From the NCBI RefSeq assembly GCF_006345805.1, contig NC_043002.1, forward strand, positions 55,986,001-56,050,000: a stretch of 64,000 bases of DNA, in the 5' to 3' direction. Shown piece by piece: positions 12,470 through 25,160 of the stretch. The position numbers and the translations under genes were made by a program. The notes below the pieces were generated by a model. That model saw only the letters and a list, made by a program, of their open reading frames with translations. It was not told the DNA's origin and did not search any database. The stretch's first letter is position 1. The number at the start of each line of letters is the position of its first letter. Origin of the DNA: Octopus sinensis. Lineage: Eukaryota.

Positions 12470-12850
12470 TCATCATCGTTTAACGTCCGCTTTCCATACT
12501 GGCATGGGTTGGACAGTTTGACTGGGGACTGACAAGCCAGGAGGCTGCACCAGGTTCCAATCTGATCTAGCAATGTTTCTACAGCTGGATACCCTTCCTA
12601 ACACCAACCACTCTGGGAGTGAAGTGGGTACTTTTTACATGCCACCAGTAGAGGAGCCAGTCAGGCGGCACTGGCATCGGCCATATTCGGATGGTGCTTT
12701 TTACATGCCACCAGTATGGGAGCCAATCGGGCAGTGCTGGCATCGGCCACATTCGGATGGTGCTTTTTATGTGCCACCAGCAGAGGAGCCAGTCAGGCAG
12801 CACTGGCATCGGCCATGTTCAGATGATGCTTTTTATGTGCTACCAGCACA
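12470..12850 (-). mobile_element. RTE-3'UTR-derived repeat (family C) with about 4 internal units; representative of about 20 copies
   Basis: Same block at about 190-485, 4020-4220, 5740-6050, 10900-11080, 15730-15930, 18855-18975, 22360-22520, 25315-25770, 27200-27395, 29840-30020, 36330-36630, 50540-50635, 53640-53740, 56190-56465, 63285-63460 and 63720-63895. Confidence 0.85.
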
Positions 12851-13194
12851 GTTGTTAAATAAAAATATTCAAAATTTGTTCTTTAATAATTCAAATAACA
12901 AATAATATTAAGAAAAGTTATATCATTAAGTAAAAAGTCATAACCCAGTTAACGGTGTCTGATTCTCAACAGTTGATATTTTATATTCAGTCCACAGCAG
13001 GGTACTTCACTTTCTACGGCCTGTGAGCAGGGTACTTCACTCTCTATACTTACTGCTTTAACTCTTTATACCTATCCATCTGAGACCACCTTTTATTTTA
13101 TGGTACAAACTTCTTGTTTTAAAAGTGATCTACATTTAAAATGCTCCATCAAATTTTCATGTTTATTTATTACTAAATCCGTTAGGCAATGACA

Positions 13195-13655
13195 AAAGAT
13201 CGAAACCTCTGGAGGTATGCTGTGACTGAGAAGACCCAGAAAAAAAGTGAGTCCACAGCTGTAACCTACACCGATGTCGCATAACCAGCCCACTCAAAAG
13301 TACCTTGGATCATAGGGTGACAGGCCATGCTTGAGGAGACCTATTGAGTCAAGTACATCAACATCAACAGCAATATCAAAATGAAATCAAATGGAAATTG
13401 TAATTGTGATCCCCATGCGAGAAGCATGTAAAAAGCACCATCCAAACATGGCCGATGCCAGTGCCGCTTTCACAGGTCTCCATGCTAGTGGCATGTAAAA
13501 AGCACCCACTACACTCTCGGAGTGGTTGGCATTAGGAAAGGCATCCAGCTGTAGAAACACTGCCAGATCAGATTGGGGCCTGGTGCAGCCTCCTGGCTTC
13601 CCAGACCCCACTCGAAGCGTCCAACCCATGGAAAACGGAGGTATGATGATGATGA
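13195..13655 (+). mobile_element. RTE 3' end and 3' UTR copy (family C)
   Basis: gctgtg..gagaagaccc matches 39470-39490; shares the ttaggaagggcatccagctgtagaaac block and (GAT)n tail. Confidence 0.8.
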
Positions 13656-14158
13656 ATTAAAACAAAGTGAATTTCAACAGAAATATGGTAATGAAAGGCT
13701 CAATATGATAATTATTTTACTAAATTCTTATTTTCAAAATAAAAACAAAAGTAGTCCATTTCAACAGAAATAATGGTTGCTGACCTCGGTAGAATTTGAA
13801 CTCAGAATGTAAAGACATGAAATACTGCTAAGCATTTTGCCTGGCATGTTAATAATTTTCTTTGATAAGACATTTCAACAGAAATATGGCTACAACAAGG
13901 TTAAGTCAGTGATTTAGTGTGGAACTTCCACAGTTTGCAATGCTGAGACTGTGTTCTTTCAGCTGGTATGAAGCTGCAAGAAATTATGGGTCTATATTCT
14001 GTTGAAGAGAACCTAAAAATCGTATCATTCATAAGAAATTCCATCTGTAACCAAAACTTTCAATGATTATAAAACAGCAGCAAACAACTAAATGAGATCA
14101 GTATTTATGGCAAGTTAATCAATTTTGAGCTTTTGATAAAATTTTAATTTAAACATAC

Positions 14159-14304
14159 TTGTTTCCCCAGTCAATTTTACGAGTAATCTTCATTTTCAGT
14201 TCTTGACAATTATCCTGGGTTTGAGTATCTGCCAGTAAGGTACGTCGCATGGCGATTAAATCCATCATGATATTGTGAAGACTGTACCACATTCCTTTTT
14301 GATC
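14159..14304 (-). CDS. DOCK3: DOCK3/4 exon: DQKGMWYSLHNIMMDLIAMRRTLLADTQTQDNCQELKMKITRKIDWGN
   Basis: Acceptor ttttattttccag, donor CAA|gtatgt, 146 nt, phase 0-2, DWGN motif. Confidence 0.95.
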
Positions 14305-17300
14305 CTGGAAAATAAAAAGTAAAAAAGAATGATTAAAATGCTAAACAATATTCCAATGGCAAAGGCTTCCCACCTGCAGATTAAGGTTAGGGAAGAAATA
14401 TCAGGGATGAATTTAGTTTTATTCAATTGAAACAGCTTATACAAGTACAAACTATACAGATATTTCTTAAAATGGAGGCAATGTGATTGCGTAACATTCA
14501 TGCCTTTCTCAAGAGTATTAGTAGCATACATGTAAAAAGAAATTGATAACAGGTAACTCACCTCTACTAAACAGCACATTATCATCATCATAGAGGCAAA
14601 TAACAAAGTAAAAGGCTTTATACAGAAAGGGTGGGGAAGAGAGATTGTGTTACAATTACATATCTCTCAAGAGCATTAGCAATGGAAGGCCAAAGGGGCT
14701 GCAATCAAAAATAAAAACTGGTTTGTGGAATTAGCTTTCTAGAAATTTACTTCTTGCAGACACATCACTAATTAACATCAAGTTTCAGTATTATAATTAA
14801 AAGAGAAATGACAGCAAATATTAAGACAGACTCGACATTCAGTGGTGCAAGGTTGAGCAAGAGAACAATGATTAGAACAGAGGTTGGCAAAGTGGTCAAT
14901 ACTGACCCCTGGGGTTGGGGGATGTCTGTGTGGCTCTCCAAGGGATCAATAAACACCTGAAATGATTTTCAGCATTAAGAGTCTTGGATTATGAGCAAAA
15001 TGAATCTGGAAGAGTGTGATTATTTAAGACTAAAAACTCATTAATTTCCAGCCAAATAGCAAAACAATAAAAACATATTCCAACACATATTTCACATTAC
15101 AGATTCTGATTACTTCAATGAAACAGGACCAAAATTTAGACTCTTTTTCATCAGTTTTCTTAAAGATTTTTTATTGAATTTCTTTAAATATTTTGTGTTA
15201 AGAAATCATTAATGTGACAAAAGAACAAGGAAATTATTTGATGTTAAATCCTGAAAATTTTTTATATTAATTATACTTCTTAGTTTTATTTTAGAAATTT
15301 ACACATGACGGAGGGAAGGGGGGATCAATTAGTTACCAATGATTCCATGAAAGAGTTAATGATATAAGAAGTTTTGCCGACCCCTGGTCTTAAGGGATTT
15401 AGCATGGGTTTACAGTTTTAAAAAACAATCTTGCTAGAGTTGATTTGACTAAGAATTAATATAACGATTATCACATGCAGTGGGATAAGAAGCTAAACTC
15501 TAGTTTATATCTGGCACACTAAGAGAAGGATGGTATGTTAGAATATTCAGACTGGTTTAACTATATTTAGAAAAAAAAAAATAATACTCAATTCTTGGAA
15601 TAACCATCAATATTCAACAAACAACTCGTTATGTTTGGCTGGGGTGGGGGGCTGCTTTCTTGATTATGATTTAATTAGAATCACTTATGTTCCAATTTTA
15701 CTTTTAATTTTATTTTGAATCATAAGTGTCATCCTCATCATTTAAACATCCATTTTCAATGCTGACATGAGTTGGATGGTTTGACAGGAGCTGATAAGGC
15801 CTGGGCCCACACCAGCCTCCAGTTATCTGTTTTGGTTTGGTTTCTCCAGCTGGACGTCCTTCCTAATGCCAACCACTTTACAGAGTATACAAGGAGCTTT
15901 TTATGTGACACCAGCACTGAGCCACATGTGTATAACTTTACAAACATCTTTATTGCATGCAGCAGTCAGATATACATTTATATATCTTATATAAAAAAAA
16001 AATTTTAAGTGCCTTTCAGAACAGTGCATATTTCCGTTCCTTTTTTTCAACCACTCACATCAAAATGGAGAATAACAGCTGATATATTCTTTCACCCGTC
16101 AGCATTCAGATTATTTTTCATATGTAATATCTATTAGTCACACTGTTTTGAAATACTTATGCATTATTTTGTAGCTTTGAGATATCAATGATGTAATTGT
16201 TTGTTTTTCACAATGCCATTGTAGAGTAGGTCAGAGAGACTGGATCTGGCCAGTTTGAACATAAAACAGAATATTCGAGCCGGATATGACCAATTTAAAT
16301 GTTAAAAAGTTAAACAATGTCCTTTTCTACTACAATCAATGTAGAATCTTGTGCATTTTTTAGTGGTCATAACTATTAAATACAGTGAAGGCTATACTTT
16401 GTTAATGAGATCAGAATACAAAACAAAAAGTGTCTAAAGTTGTCTCCCCTACTTGCCATAAAATTTGAAAATATCACTTGTCAAATATAGATTTCAAATG
16501 AATTATTTTTGTTTAAGTTCTCTTCATTATGTTAACAGAAACTGAATTAGTTTGATTAGCTATTAACCAAATGAACAACAGTTCATACTGACACTGCATT
16601 GTACCCGCATGTCCTGAAATGGCCCCATTCAGCCACTACAACAACTTGCAATAATTAGTTCAAATTCAACCGTGTCTACAGTTTAGAAAAGAAGAATCAA
16701 CAGCCTCTCTCCCAAACTCTATCATTCAACTTCTAACAACATAACAAGAACATCGTTTTAAACTTTTATTGAAATTCTCTCACACAGTCAAATACTATAG
16801 AACTGTATTCTCTTGGCTTATAGACCCCACCCCCTCATCACTCACTCTCTCTCTCTCTCTCTTTGTCTCGTATCCTTGACTTAGACATTTCACAGAGTAA
16901 ATTACGCACTGCCAGTAAGTATGTTAAATGGGAGAAGTGGAGGGGGTGGGATACTGGAAGCAATTTATTTGTGTGGGTTGCTTGCACTTCTCAACATGAA
17001 TGTAGCAAAGTAGAGCGAAAAAGTATAAGAAAATTGATTAAATTTGATTAGAGAAGAAAATGAAGAGGAGGCCTGGAGACAAACAGGCTTTTGTATGGTT
17101 GCACGGGAGCCCTAAAGATTGCCAGAAATGTCAGAGCAATACAACAGAATTATAGGAGGAGGGGAAGTAGGGGGGGGGCAGAAGCAAAAAAAAAATCAAA
17201 ACAATGAAACTACAAAAGAAAGAAATGGGGGGGGGGTTTCCAGTAAAATTGATAAAGGTAAAGGGATCAAAAGGAAAAATAGTATAAAGGGGAATGAAAA

Positions 17301-17359
17301 TGAAAAGGGAGGTAAATATAGGAATGAAATGTGAAGGATATGAAATGATTGTGTGTGTG

Positions 17360-17560
17360 TGTATGAGGGGGTGCTGAAAAGTTCTTGGCTTTGGGTAAAA
17401 GAAAATACAGGAGGATCAGTTAGAATTTCATGCAATATGTTTCCCTCTCAGATTTAAACACTCATTGCTGCAGTCATTCAGTTTTATTAAGCTCAGTAAA
17501 AAAAAAAAAAAAAAACTTAGATGAGACCTCCAACCAGGCCTTTTGCAATACTCTTAAAGC
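17360..17560. mobile_element. Mariner-type MITE
   Basis: Left end tatgagggggtgctgaaaagttc resembles mariner TIRs; degenerate right end ccaggccttttgcaatactctta. Confidence 0.55.
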
Positions 17561-17677
17561 ATTTTGCAGTTGGATGCCTTTCATGACACCAACTCTTTTA
17601 GCTGCTTCAAACATACAGGGAAAGGCATGATGAACCTAATCTCAAAATGGAATATACATGGTGTGGGTGTCTACATG

Positions 17678-17720
<43 letters not shown>

Positions 17721-18052
17721 CTATTTTTTACCATTCATTGGGTGGCTAAATTAGATTGAATTAAATTAAGTTAAATGTCCTTGTTCTGCATTGCCTAATC
17801 ATTTGCATTCCCTCACTACTTTAACCTATGCCTACTGACTCAAAAAGAAGCCACCTTTAGCCATTCTGAACAAGACAATCACATAACAACAACTTCAACT
17901 GCTGTTCAAACTGGAATTTCGGTGATGCGCCTGCTTGAGCATACCTATCAGACTGAGTCATCCTGATAAAAACTCCTCCTATCCTTTATTTATATATATT
18001 TTCACATCTACCTACCTACCTATCTATTTATCTATCTATCTACCTACCTACC

Positions 18053-18056
<4 letters not shown>

Positions 18057-18108
<52 letters not shown>

Positions 18109-18110
18109 AG

Positions 18111-18177
<67 letters not shown>

Positions 18178-18205
18178 GTAGGTAGGTAGGTAGGTAGGTG
18201 GGTAG
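18057..18205. repeat. Compound microsatellite (TA)n-(TAGA)n-(TAGG)n
   Basis: Direct reading; other long (TA)n runs at 11670-11722, 17680-17718, 37400-37475 and 50629-50693. Confidence 0.95.
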
Positions 18206-18539
18206 ATAGGTAGGCAAGTAGGCATTCTACGAAATTTTGCACTCACATCTTATTTAACTACCTACACATAAACAGACACACACTAATGAACTATAAGAAA
18301 TAATTCTGATTGGCTCATGGCATGTATTTGAACAACATAGAAAAATATAGGTCTATGAAATACCCATCTTGATTTACTAAAATTTTTTTTGCCTCTAGAA
18401 AATGTATCATCATTACTAAATGGCATTTAAGACCAACACCACTTGAGAGAACAACACGGCTTCATGTTCTTTTCAGTGAGATATCAAGGGCCAAGGCAGG
18501 ACTGACACAGTTTACTACTGTTTATTTCGGTTCAGTCTG

Positions 18540-18850
18540 AGTTCCATCTGTGCTCTCACATACATTCAGCAGCAAGCTGATACCACTGGTTTCTCTGTTG
18601 GCTATGGTTTTTCTCGGCATCCATCATATGAAACGTGATATTGGTCCCTTTCATGTCTGTTATCAATGTTCTGAGTCATATAGTTTTTGGTCTTCCTCTA
18701 TGCTTCGCTCCTGACACTGTTGTCCCATACTCAAAGATCCAGCTCTATAATAGCATAGTTCTACCAACAGTCCTCTATACCAGAGAGACATGGAAGAGTA
18801 CACTGGAAATCAACAGAAAGTTAGATTGCTTCACCAAAGATGCTTGAGAA
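18540..18850. mobile_element. RTE fragment with internal inversion (3' end on minus, upstream part on plus)
   Basis: Minus 18720-18540 reads HRGRPKTI..RTL...QRNQW; plus 18725-18850 reads KIQLYNSIVLPTVLYTRETWKST. Confidence 0.7.
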
Positions 18851-20707
18851 CTTTTAAAAACCTTGCCAGATTCAGATTGGAGCCTGGTGCAGCCTTCTGG
18901 CTTGCCAGTCCTCAGTCAAACCGTCCAACCCATGCCAACATAGAAAGCAGATGTTAAACGATGATGATGATGACTACTGTATGTTACTTTTATATCCTAC
19001 ACTATCACAGTGGGATATATAATACCACGGAACAGGATAGCCACCAACTGTCTCTACTTGATATATTCCTAAATACTCTGCCAACAAACATATATACATA
19101 TATATATATAAATAAAATAATATATATATATAAAAAATAATATATATATATATGCATATATACATACGTATATGTACATACTTACATGTATACATATATA
19201 TGCATATGTGGGCACATGACGTCATGAAATGTGTACAACAAAAAAAGTACGAAGTACAAGTACATGGAATATGAACTATTTTTTCGAACAACGAAAGACA
19301 CAAATGGAAAACAAGACAAACAACATAAAGAACAACCCTTCTTCAGTTGTTGGCTGTTTTTTATAGAACGCAACCTCTGATATCAGCAGAGGGGCCCCAA
19401 CAGCATATGCTGGTTTACCCCCAACACATCATGCTGGCTCCATACCCCTTTCAGCAACTTCAAAATTCACTTGTCCATCCATAAACCCTCTCCAAGCTTT
19501 CCTATCGTTTATAAACTCTCTTGCCGCTAACCAGCAGAGCTTTCTTAGTCTCACTCAGGCCAGCACATCCACCCTTCTCATCATCACACTCCATTTCTCT
19601 CTCCTCTTTACCTCACTTGTACTACACCTGTGCACATTCCAGGACCCAAGTACTAGGGTGAGATTCGGTATTAACCTCCCCCCCTTGTCTTTTTCTTGCT
19701 ATCTTTCTATGAATATAGATTTACTAGGAGGAGAGGGTTCTCAATCCCCTTGCTCCTGCCCCTTTTAGTTGCCTCTTAGGCCACTCAAGGAATACGACAA
19801 GCCTTGTGAGTGGATTTGGTAGATGGAAACTGAAAGAAGCCCGTCGTGTGTGTGTGTATATATGTATGTATATGTGTCTCTGTGTTTGTTCCCCCACCAT
19901 TGCCTGACAACCGATGTTGGTGTGCTTATGTCTCCGTAACTTAGCGGTTTGGCAAAAGAGACCAATAGAACAAGTACTAGGCTTACAAAGAATAAGTTCT
20001 GAGATCAATTTGGTCGACTAAATGCGGTGCTCCAGCATGGCCGCAGTCAAATGATTGAAACAAGTAAAAGGCAAAAATAAGAGGGGGAGGATTATGTCAT
20101 GCTTATACACTATTTGTTTCTGGTGAGAGAAAGTGGTACTGTGCTTATTACTTGAAACTTATGCAACATTTTGCAGTTTTCTCTCACTGTCATCTTTGTG
20201 CTTTGTTAAAGTTGTGGAATGGAGTGCAACTCCTAGTACTATTGTTGCCTGTATGTAGAGTATGCCAAAGTCATAGAATGCAATGGTTGGCTTTATCCGA
20301 TGCTCTCTACTTTAATTAGAAACAAAAAGGAGGTCCCAAATTAGTGTTTCAGGCTGTGTTAAGGACTATAGTTGTTTATAGATTATAGTGTATGAGTAGT
20401 TTATGGAAAGAAGTTCTACAAATCCAGTCATATTTGTCAAAAATGAAGGAGGTAAGATGTTAAAAGGTTTTAAGAAATTTATTCATGCATACAAGCGTTT
20501 CCTACATAGATATAAATTCATTTTAGAATTTGCAAATATCAAAGTACTCATCAGAGCAGAGAAAAAGTAATAATAGGAACTTAAAAAAGGAGCAGAGAAG
20601 TTGGATCAATGAGTTTCATGTTTATCTGTTCCTATTTATGTGTGATAGAGATGGGAGTTATGTCAAGTGCATATGTATGTGTACATATATATACATGTAT
20701 ATATATT

Positions 20708-20805
<98 letters not shown>
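20708..20805. repeat. (TG)n microsatellite
   Basis: Direct reading; similar (CA)n/(TG)n runs at 24243-24281, 49267-49305, 49615-49650 and 50410-50530. Confidence 0.95.
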
Positions 20806-20806
<1 letters not shown>

Positions 20807-22924
20807 ATATGTATATATATATAAGTATTATAATATCCTAACATATTTATAGATTATATATAGTTGGTTATGAATTACATGTAAGTGCTTAAGGATTATA
20901 GGTTGACACAGAGATGAATGAATTTTGGATATAGCTATAAGCTATAGTTATGAATTTATTTAGAGTGTATCACCTCTGTACTATTTATCCACCACCCCAC
21001 TGTTCCCTGTGGGTAGTCCCTCCTCTCTCTCTCTCACTTGTCTCTATCTTTCTCCCTCATGCTCTCCCAAGTATCTTCTCTGTAGCAAGACAACTTTCCC
21101 CATTTTCCTATCATAACCTCTTGCCTGGCACACAACCACTTCGCTCAGCCAAGAAGTCCTTGTCTTGCAAGTTACTTGGCAACACTGATGGTGCTGCTGC
21201 CACATAAAAGCACCTGAACTTAAGCAACACAAAAAATACTCGTGATCGTGCCACGCAAAAAGCGCCCATAATCGTGCCACACAAAAAGCACTTGTGATCA
21301 TGCCATGCAAAAAGCATCTGTGCTCGCACCACATAAAAACACCCATACAGGCACCATGTAAAGAGAATCCTCCAAAGCTGCCATGCTATTGAGGGAAATG
21401 AGAAGCTTACTGTCTTTAATAAATTAACAAGTTCATTACCATATTTCTGTTGGGATACTTGGCCTTTATTTCAATTAATTTTGAAAATAATACAAATTTA
21501 ATAAACTATGTTGTTATTGTGGTGGTTAGGCTGTTGCCCTCATGATCACTAGATCATAGTTTCATTTCCCAGACCAGGCAACTCATTGTGTTCTTAAGCA
21601 AAACACTTCATTTCACATTGTTTCAGCCACCCTTTCAATCAGGGAGGAATGTTGACCTGCTCACCTAAAGGCTAAAATCATGCAAAGCACATTGTGACCA
21701 GCAATGTGTAATAATATCTGGTAGTCTGGTTGGTCACATGATCCCACAATGTTATTATTAAGTTGGTGTTTATAATATAAATGAACATGAAATTCAGATC
21801 ACTTTAAAACTGGAAGTTTGTATCATAGAACCAGTGGGGGTGGTCTCAGGTGGGTTGGTACCAAAACGGTTTATTACTAGCACCAATAATAGTACTGATA
21901 GGAATACAAGCAAACAGCGCCAATGTTCACAGCAGTGTATGAGCAGCTGTAAACTATTTTCTGTCCTAAAAGGTTAAACAAAGCAAACATTCCTGACGAG
22001 AATTTGTTCAACAATAAACGGTCTGTGATTCAACTAGTGTCTCCTGAAACAGCAAGGATAAATGTAAGTTTGCTAAAAGTGCACAAGTTAATGTATTCAC
22101 TGAGTTCAATATGTTGCTTTTACTTTAAGACAGGGGAGGGCAGAGAGCATTTTTATCTAATTGATTGATAATTCAAGGGAAGAGAGCTACAACCAATTTT
22201 GTGGGGTTTATTGCCAGAACGACATTCTTAAAATGCAACAAAATACTCTTTCACACAATGATTTCACTTCAAGAATACCGCAAAAAGACTACAAAAGCTA
22301 TGTGTGTGTGTGCTGATATGTGATTATGCACACACACACGTACACATAAAGTATCATCATCATCATCATCATGTTGGCATGGGTTGGAGGATTTGAGAGA
22401 ATTTGATGTGCCAAAGGACTGTATTATGCTGCAAGGCCTGCTTTGGCATCATTTCAATGCCAACCTAATGCCAACCATTTTACAGAACGCACAAGGTACC
22501 TTTCCTTTGTGCTACCTGCACTACTGAGGTAGCCATGCAATTCACGGGGTTATAAACCTTGAGGAGAAGGAGGAAGGGATCGGTTTGCAAGACTGCACGA
22601 GGAGAATGTAGGGGTGAGAAGGAAGGCTGCTGAAATGGGTGGAGTTGAGGGGTGGATGAAATAAAAACAATGAGTGGGGCAGGGAGATAGAAGGATGCAG
22701 AAGAGAGAGTGGGGGGAGGGGTAGATTGCAGGAATAGAATGAGGATACAATTGCCAGGAGGGGGGAGCAAGAGGAGATGACAGCCTGTAGGGGCTTGGGG
22801 AAGAGGGGAAGAAGCAGGCATAATACATTAAGTGTAGAGAGAAAATCATTATATGATGAGTAGAGAGTAAGGCACACAGCATTTCCAGAACTTAGTTTTG
22901 CTGATGAGGACAAGTCTTTTTGAT

Positions 22925-23335
22925 AATCTCATATTGCCAAAGATGCCAGTTCTTAGTCATCTCTTCCGTCAGGTTCAGGGTCCTGAGGTCAGCCTTCACG
23001 TCGTCGTCCTATGCCTTCCTTAGTCTCCCCGTTTTGCAAGTTCCAGCCACATTAAGCGGTCTACAGCTGGCCTCATCTATATTCCTCACATGTCCATGCC
23101 ATCACAGTCTTCTGTCTTGAACACCACATCTAATTCCTCTTTTGCCTGTGTTTTTCTTTTCACTTTGTATCTTTGTACAAACTCTTTCACACGCACACAC
23201 ATTGCAAATCCAACAGAACATGTTTACTTCATTTCTTCCCAATCTTCTCAAGTCCTCTGCATCCAAGGCCCATGTCACACCACCATTCAGTATTACAATT
23301 CTAACACAAGCATCATACAATATGCCCTTCACTTT
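22925..23335 (-). mobile_element. Degraded RTE LINE 3' fragment
   Basis: YDACVRIVILNGGVTWALDAEDLRRLGRNE...IRCGVQDRRL aligns by eye to the RTE at 39070-39300. Confidence 0.85.
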
Positions 23336-23344
23336 TAGGGGAAA

Positions 23345-23745
23345 AAGGAGTAACAAATGGTTGCCCCAATTTCTGGCCCCCTAATTTCCCTGATTGTAAT
23401 ACTCTGGATTACTATGTGCGGGGTGCAATTAAGAAAGACACCAACCACTCTGCCTGCAAGCCCAAGGCTGAGCTGCTGACCAAAATGAAGCAAATGTTCA
23501 AAGATCTTCCAAGGGACACAGTGAGGGATGCATGCACCAGATTCCAGAGTTGTCTTGAACCTAAGGTGGAAGCTCTGAAAGTGGTCATTTTGAGTAAAAT
23601 TGCCATCTCCCAACCATATATTTGATACTTTCTGATATTTTAAAATATTTTAATTTTTGGACAGGATATTGTTTTCTTTTTTTGGATGGAATATTGTGTT
23701 TGTTTTTGCTTTTATGCAAACTGTGAAATTTAGCCCAAACATCCT
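23345..23745 (+). mobile_element. Tc1/mariner transposase C-terminal remnant with right end
   Basis: Frameshifted WLPQFLAP / SGLLCAGAIKKDTNHSACKPKAELL...LPRDTVRDACTRFQSCLE resembles WPPNSPDxNPLDYYVWG...ACxRFxxRLE. Confidence 0.75.
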
Positions 23746-24241
23746 ATAATATGTATTCGCAGTTCTTTGTTATTTCCAGTTGGTTTTCTAACATTGTGTT
23801 CTAGGCAGACAAGAAGACAAGATCACATAACTAACAACTAGCACACAAACATTCCAGCCTTTATCCAAGACAATAACAGGAATACAGCCTGTTGTTGTTG
23901 TTGTGATGGTGGTGGTGGTGGTGGTGGTGGTGGTAGTGTTTTATTCCATGGTGAAAAGAATCTCCTATGAATATAGACAATAATTCACAAGAGACCATTT
24001 TATTTGGATGTTCTCTGCAGATACAAGATTATTTCTTTTGAACAGGTATGTTCTTGACTTTTCATTAGCAACATTGATCCAATTAATGTTGCAAACACAC
24101 ACACACACATTCATTATTACAGACACTATCTTATCTGCACCAAACACATTAACATTCCTCCACCCACCCACCCACTAACACACTTGTTGATGTAGCAAAT
24201 CCACACTAATACACGAGGTATTGTGAAATATACGCATGCAT

Positions 24242-24284
<43 letters not shown>

Positions 24285-24944
24285 CACACTCGTTATCCAT
24301 ATCTGAAACACACAGACATACACCAATATACAAATTGATGTGACATTCTCACAAAACATACGTAAGTTTCTCTTCCACCTCTCCCCCTATCTCTCCTTCT
24401 CTCTCTACCTCCCTCCCTATCAATCCATATGAGACAGGAAGAGAGACAGACAAACAGACAGAGAGAGAGAGGGACAAAGTCAATTAAAGAAATTAAGACA
24501 AGGAAAGCAGCAGCATTTTCAGGCAAAGTTGCCGAACTACTAAAATACTGGGAGCATGGAAAAAGCAATCAGCTTATTGATGAATGCATTATCATCAATG
24601 AGCCATTGGGTAGATGTGGAAGCAACACCGTCGCCATCACCACCACTACCACCACCATTTTATGCAAAACTTTACATTTTATTATGTTAATTCTCTCTGA
24701 ATGCTGGATAGTATGCCGTTCTTCATTTTCAAAGCACTGATTTTCAGATGAAGATATCTAACAAATACAGAGATGAGAGAGAGAGAGAGATGGGGGAGAG
24801 AGGCAGGGAGGAGAGGAAAGATGCATGAGAAAAGAGAAAGAAATGGTTGCAAAATATTAATTTGTGAAGTGATTTTTAGTTTGTACCAGAAGAATTATTG
24901 GCATGAAGATAGTTGACAACTTTTGTTCACAATATCTAAGGATT

Positions 24945-25160
24945 TCAAGGTGGCGAGCTGGCAGAAATGTTAGCACGCTGAGTGAAATGCTTAGCGGTAT
25001 TTCGTCTGTCTTTACGTTCTGAGTTCAAATTCCACCAAGGTCAACTTTGCCTTTCATCCTTTCAGGGTCAATAAATTAAGTACCAGTTGCATACTGGTTT
25101 GATCTAATTGACTGGTCCCCTCCCCAAAAATTTTGGGCCTTATGCCTAGAGTAGAAAAAA
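24945..25160 (+). mobile_element. tRNA-headed SINE family A (gcctttcatcc..gataaa..gtaccag central block, (ATT)n tail); representative of about 20 copies
   Basis: B box-like gagttcaaattcc; other copies near 3378-3590, 9930-10170, 27925-28350, 30160-30845, 42600-43150, 43655-43990, 46555-46745, 54030-54420, 55415-55860, 56820-57020, 58885-59105 and 62315-62516. Confidence 0.88.

Noticed and set aside
19300-19405. CTGAAGA...GAAA on minus in an unclassified repeat
   Set aside because: Helices I and III cannot be formed and helix II is weak.
22895-22930. CTGATGAGGAC core-like string (similarly CTGATGAAGCC at about 40057)
   Set aside because: No GAAA after the putative helix II.
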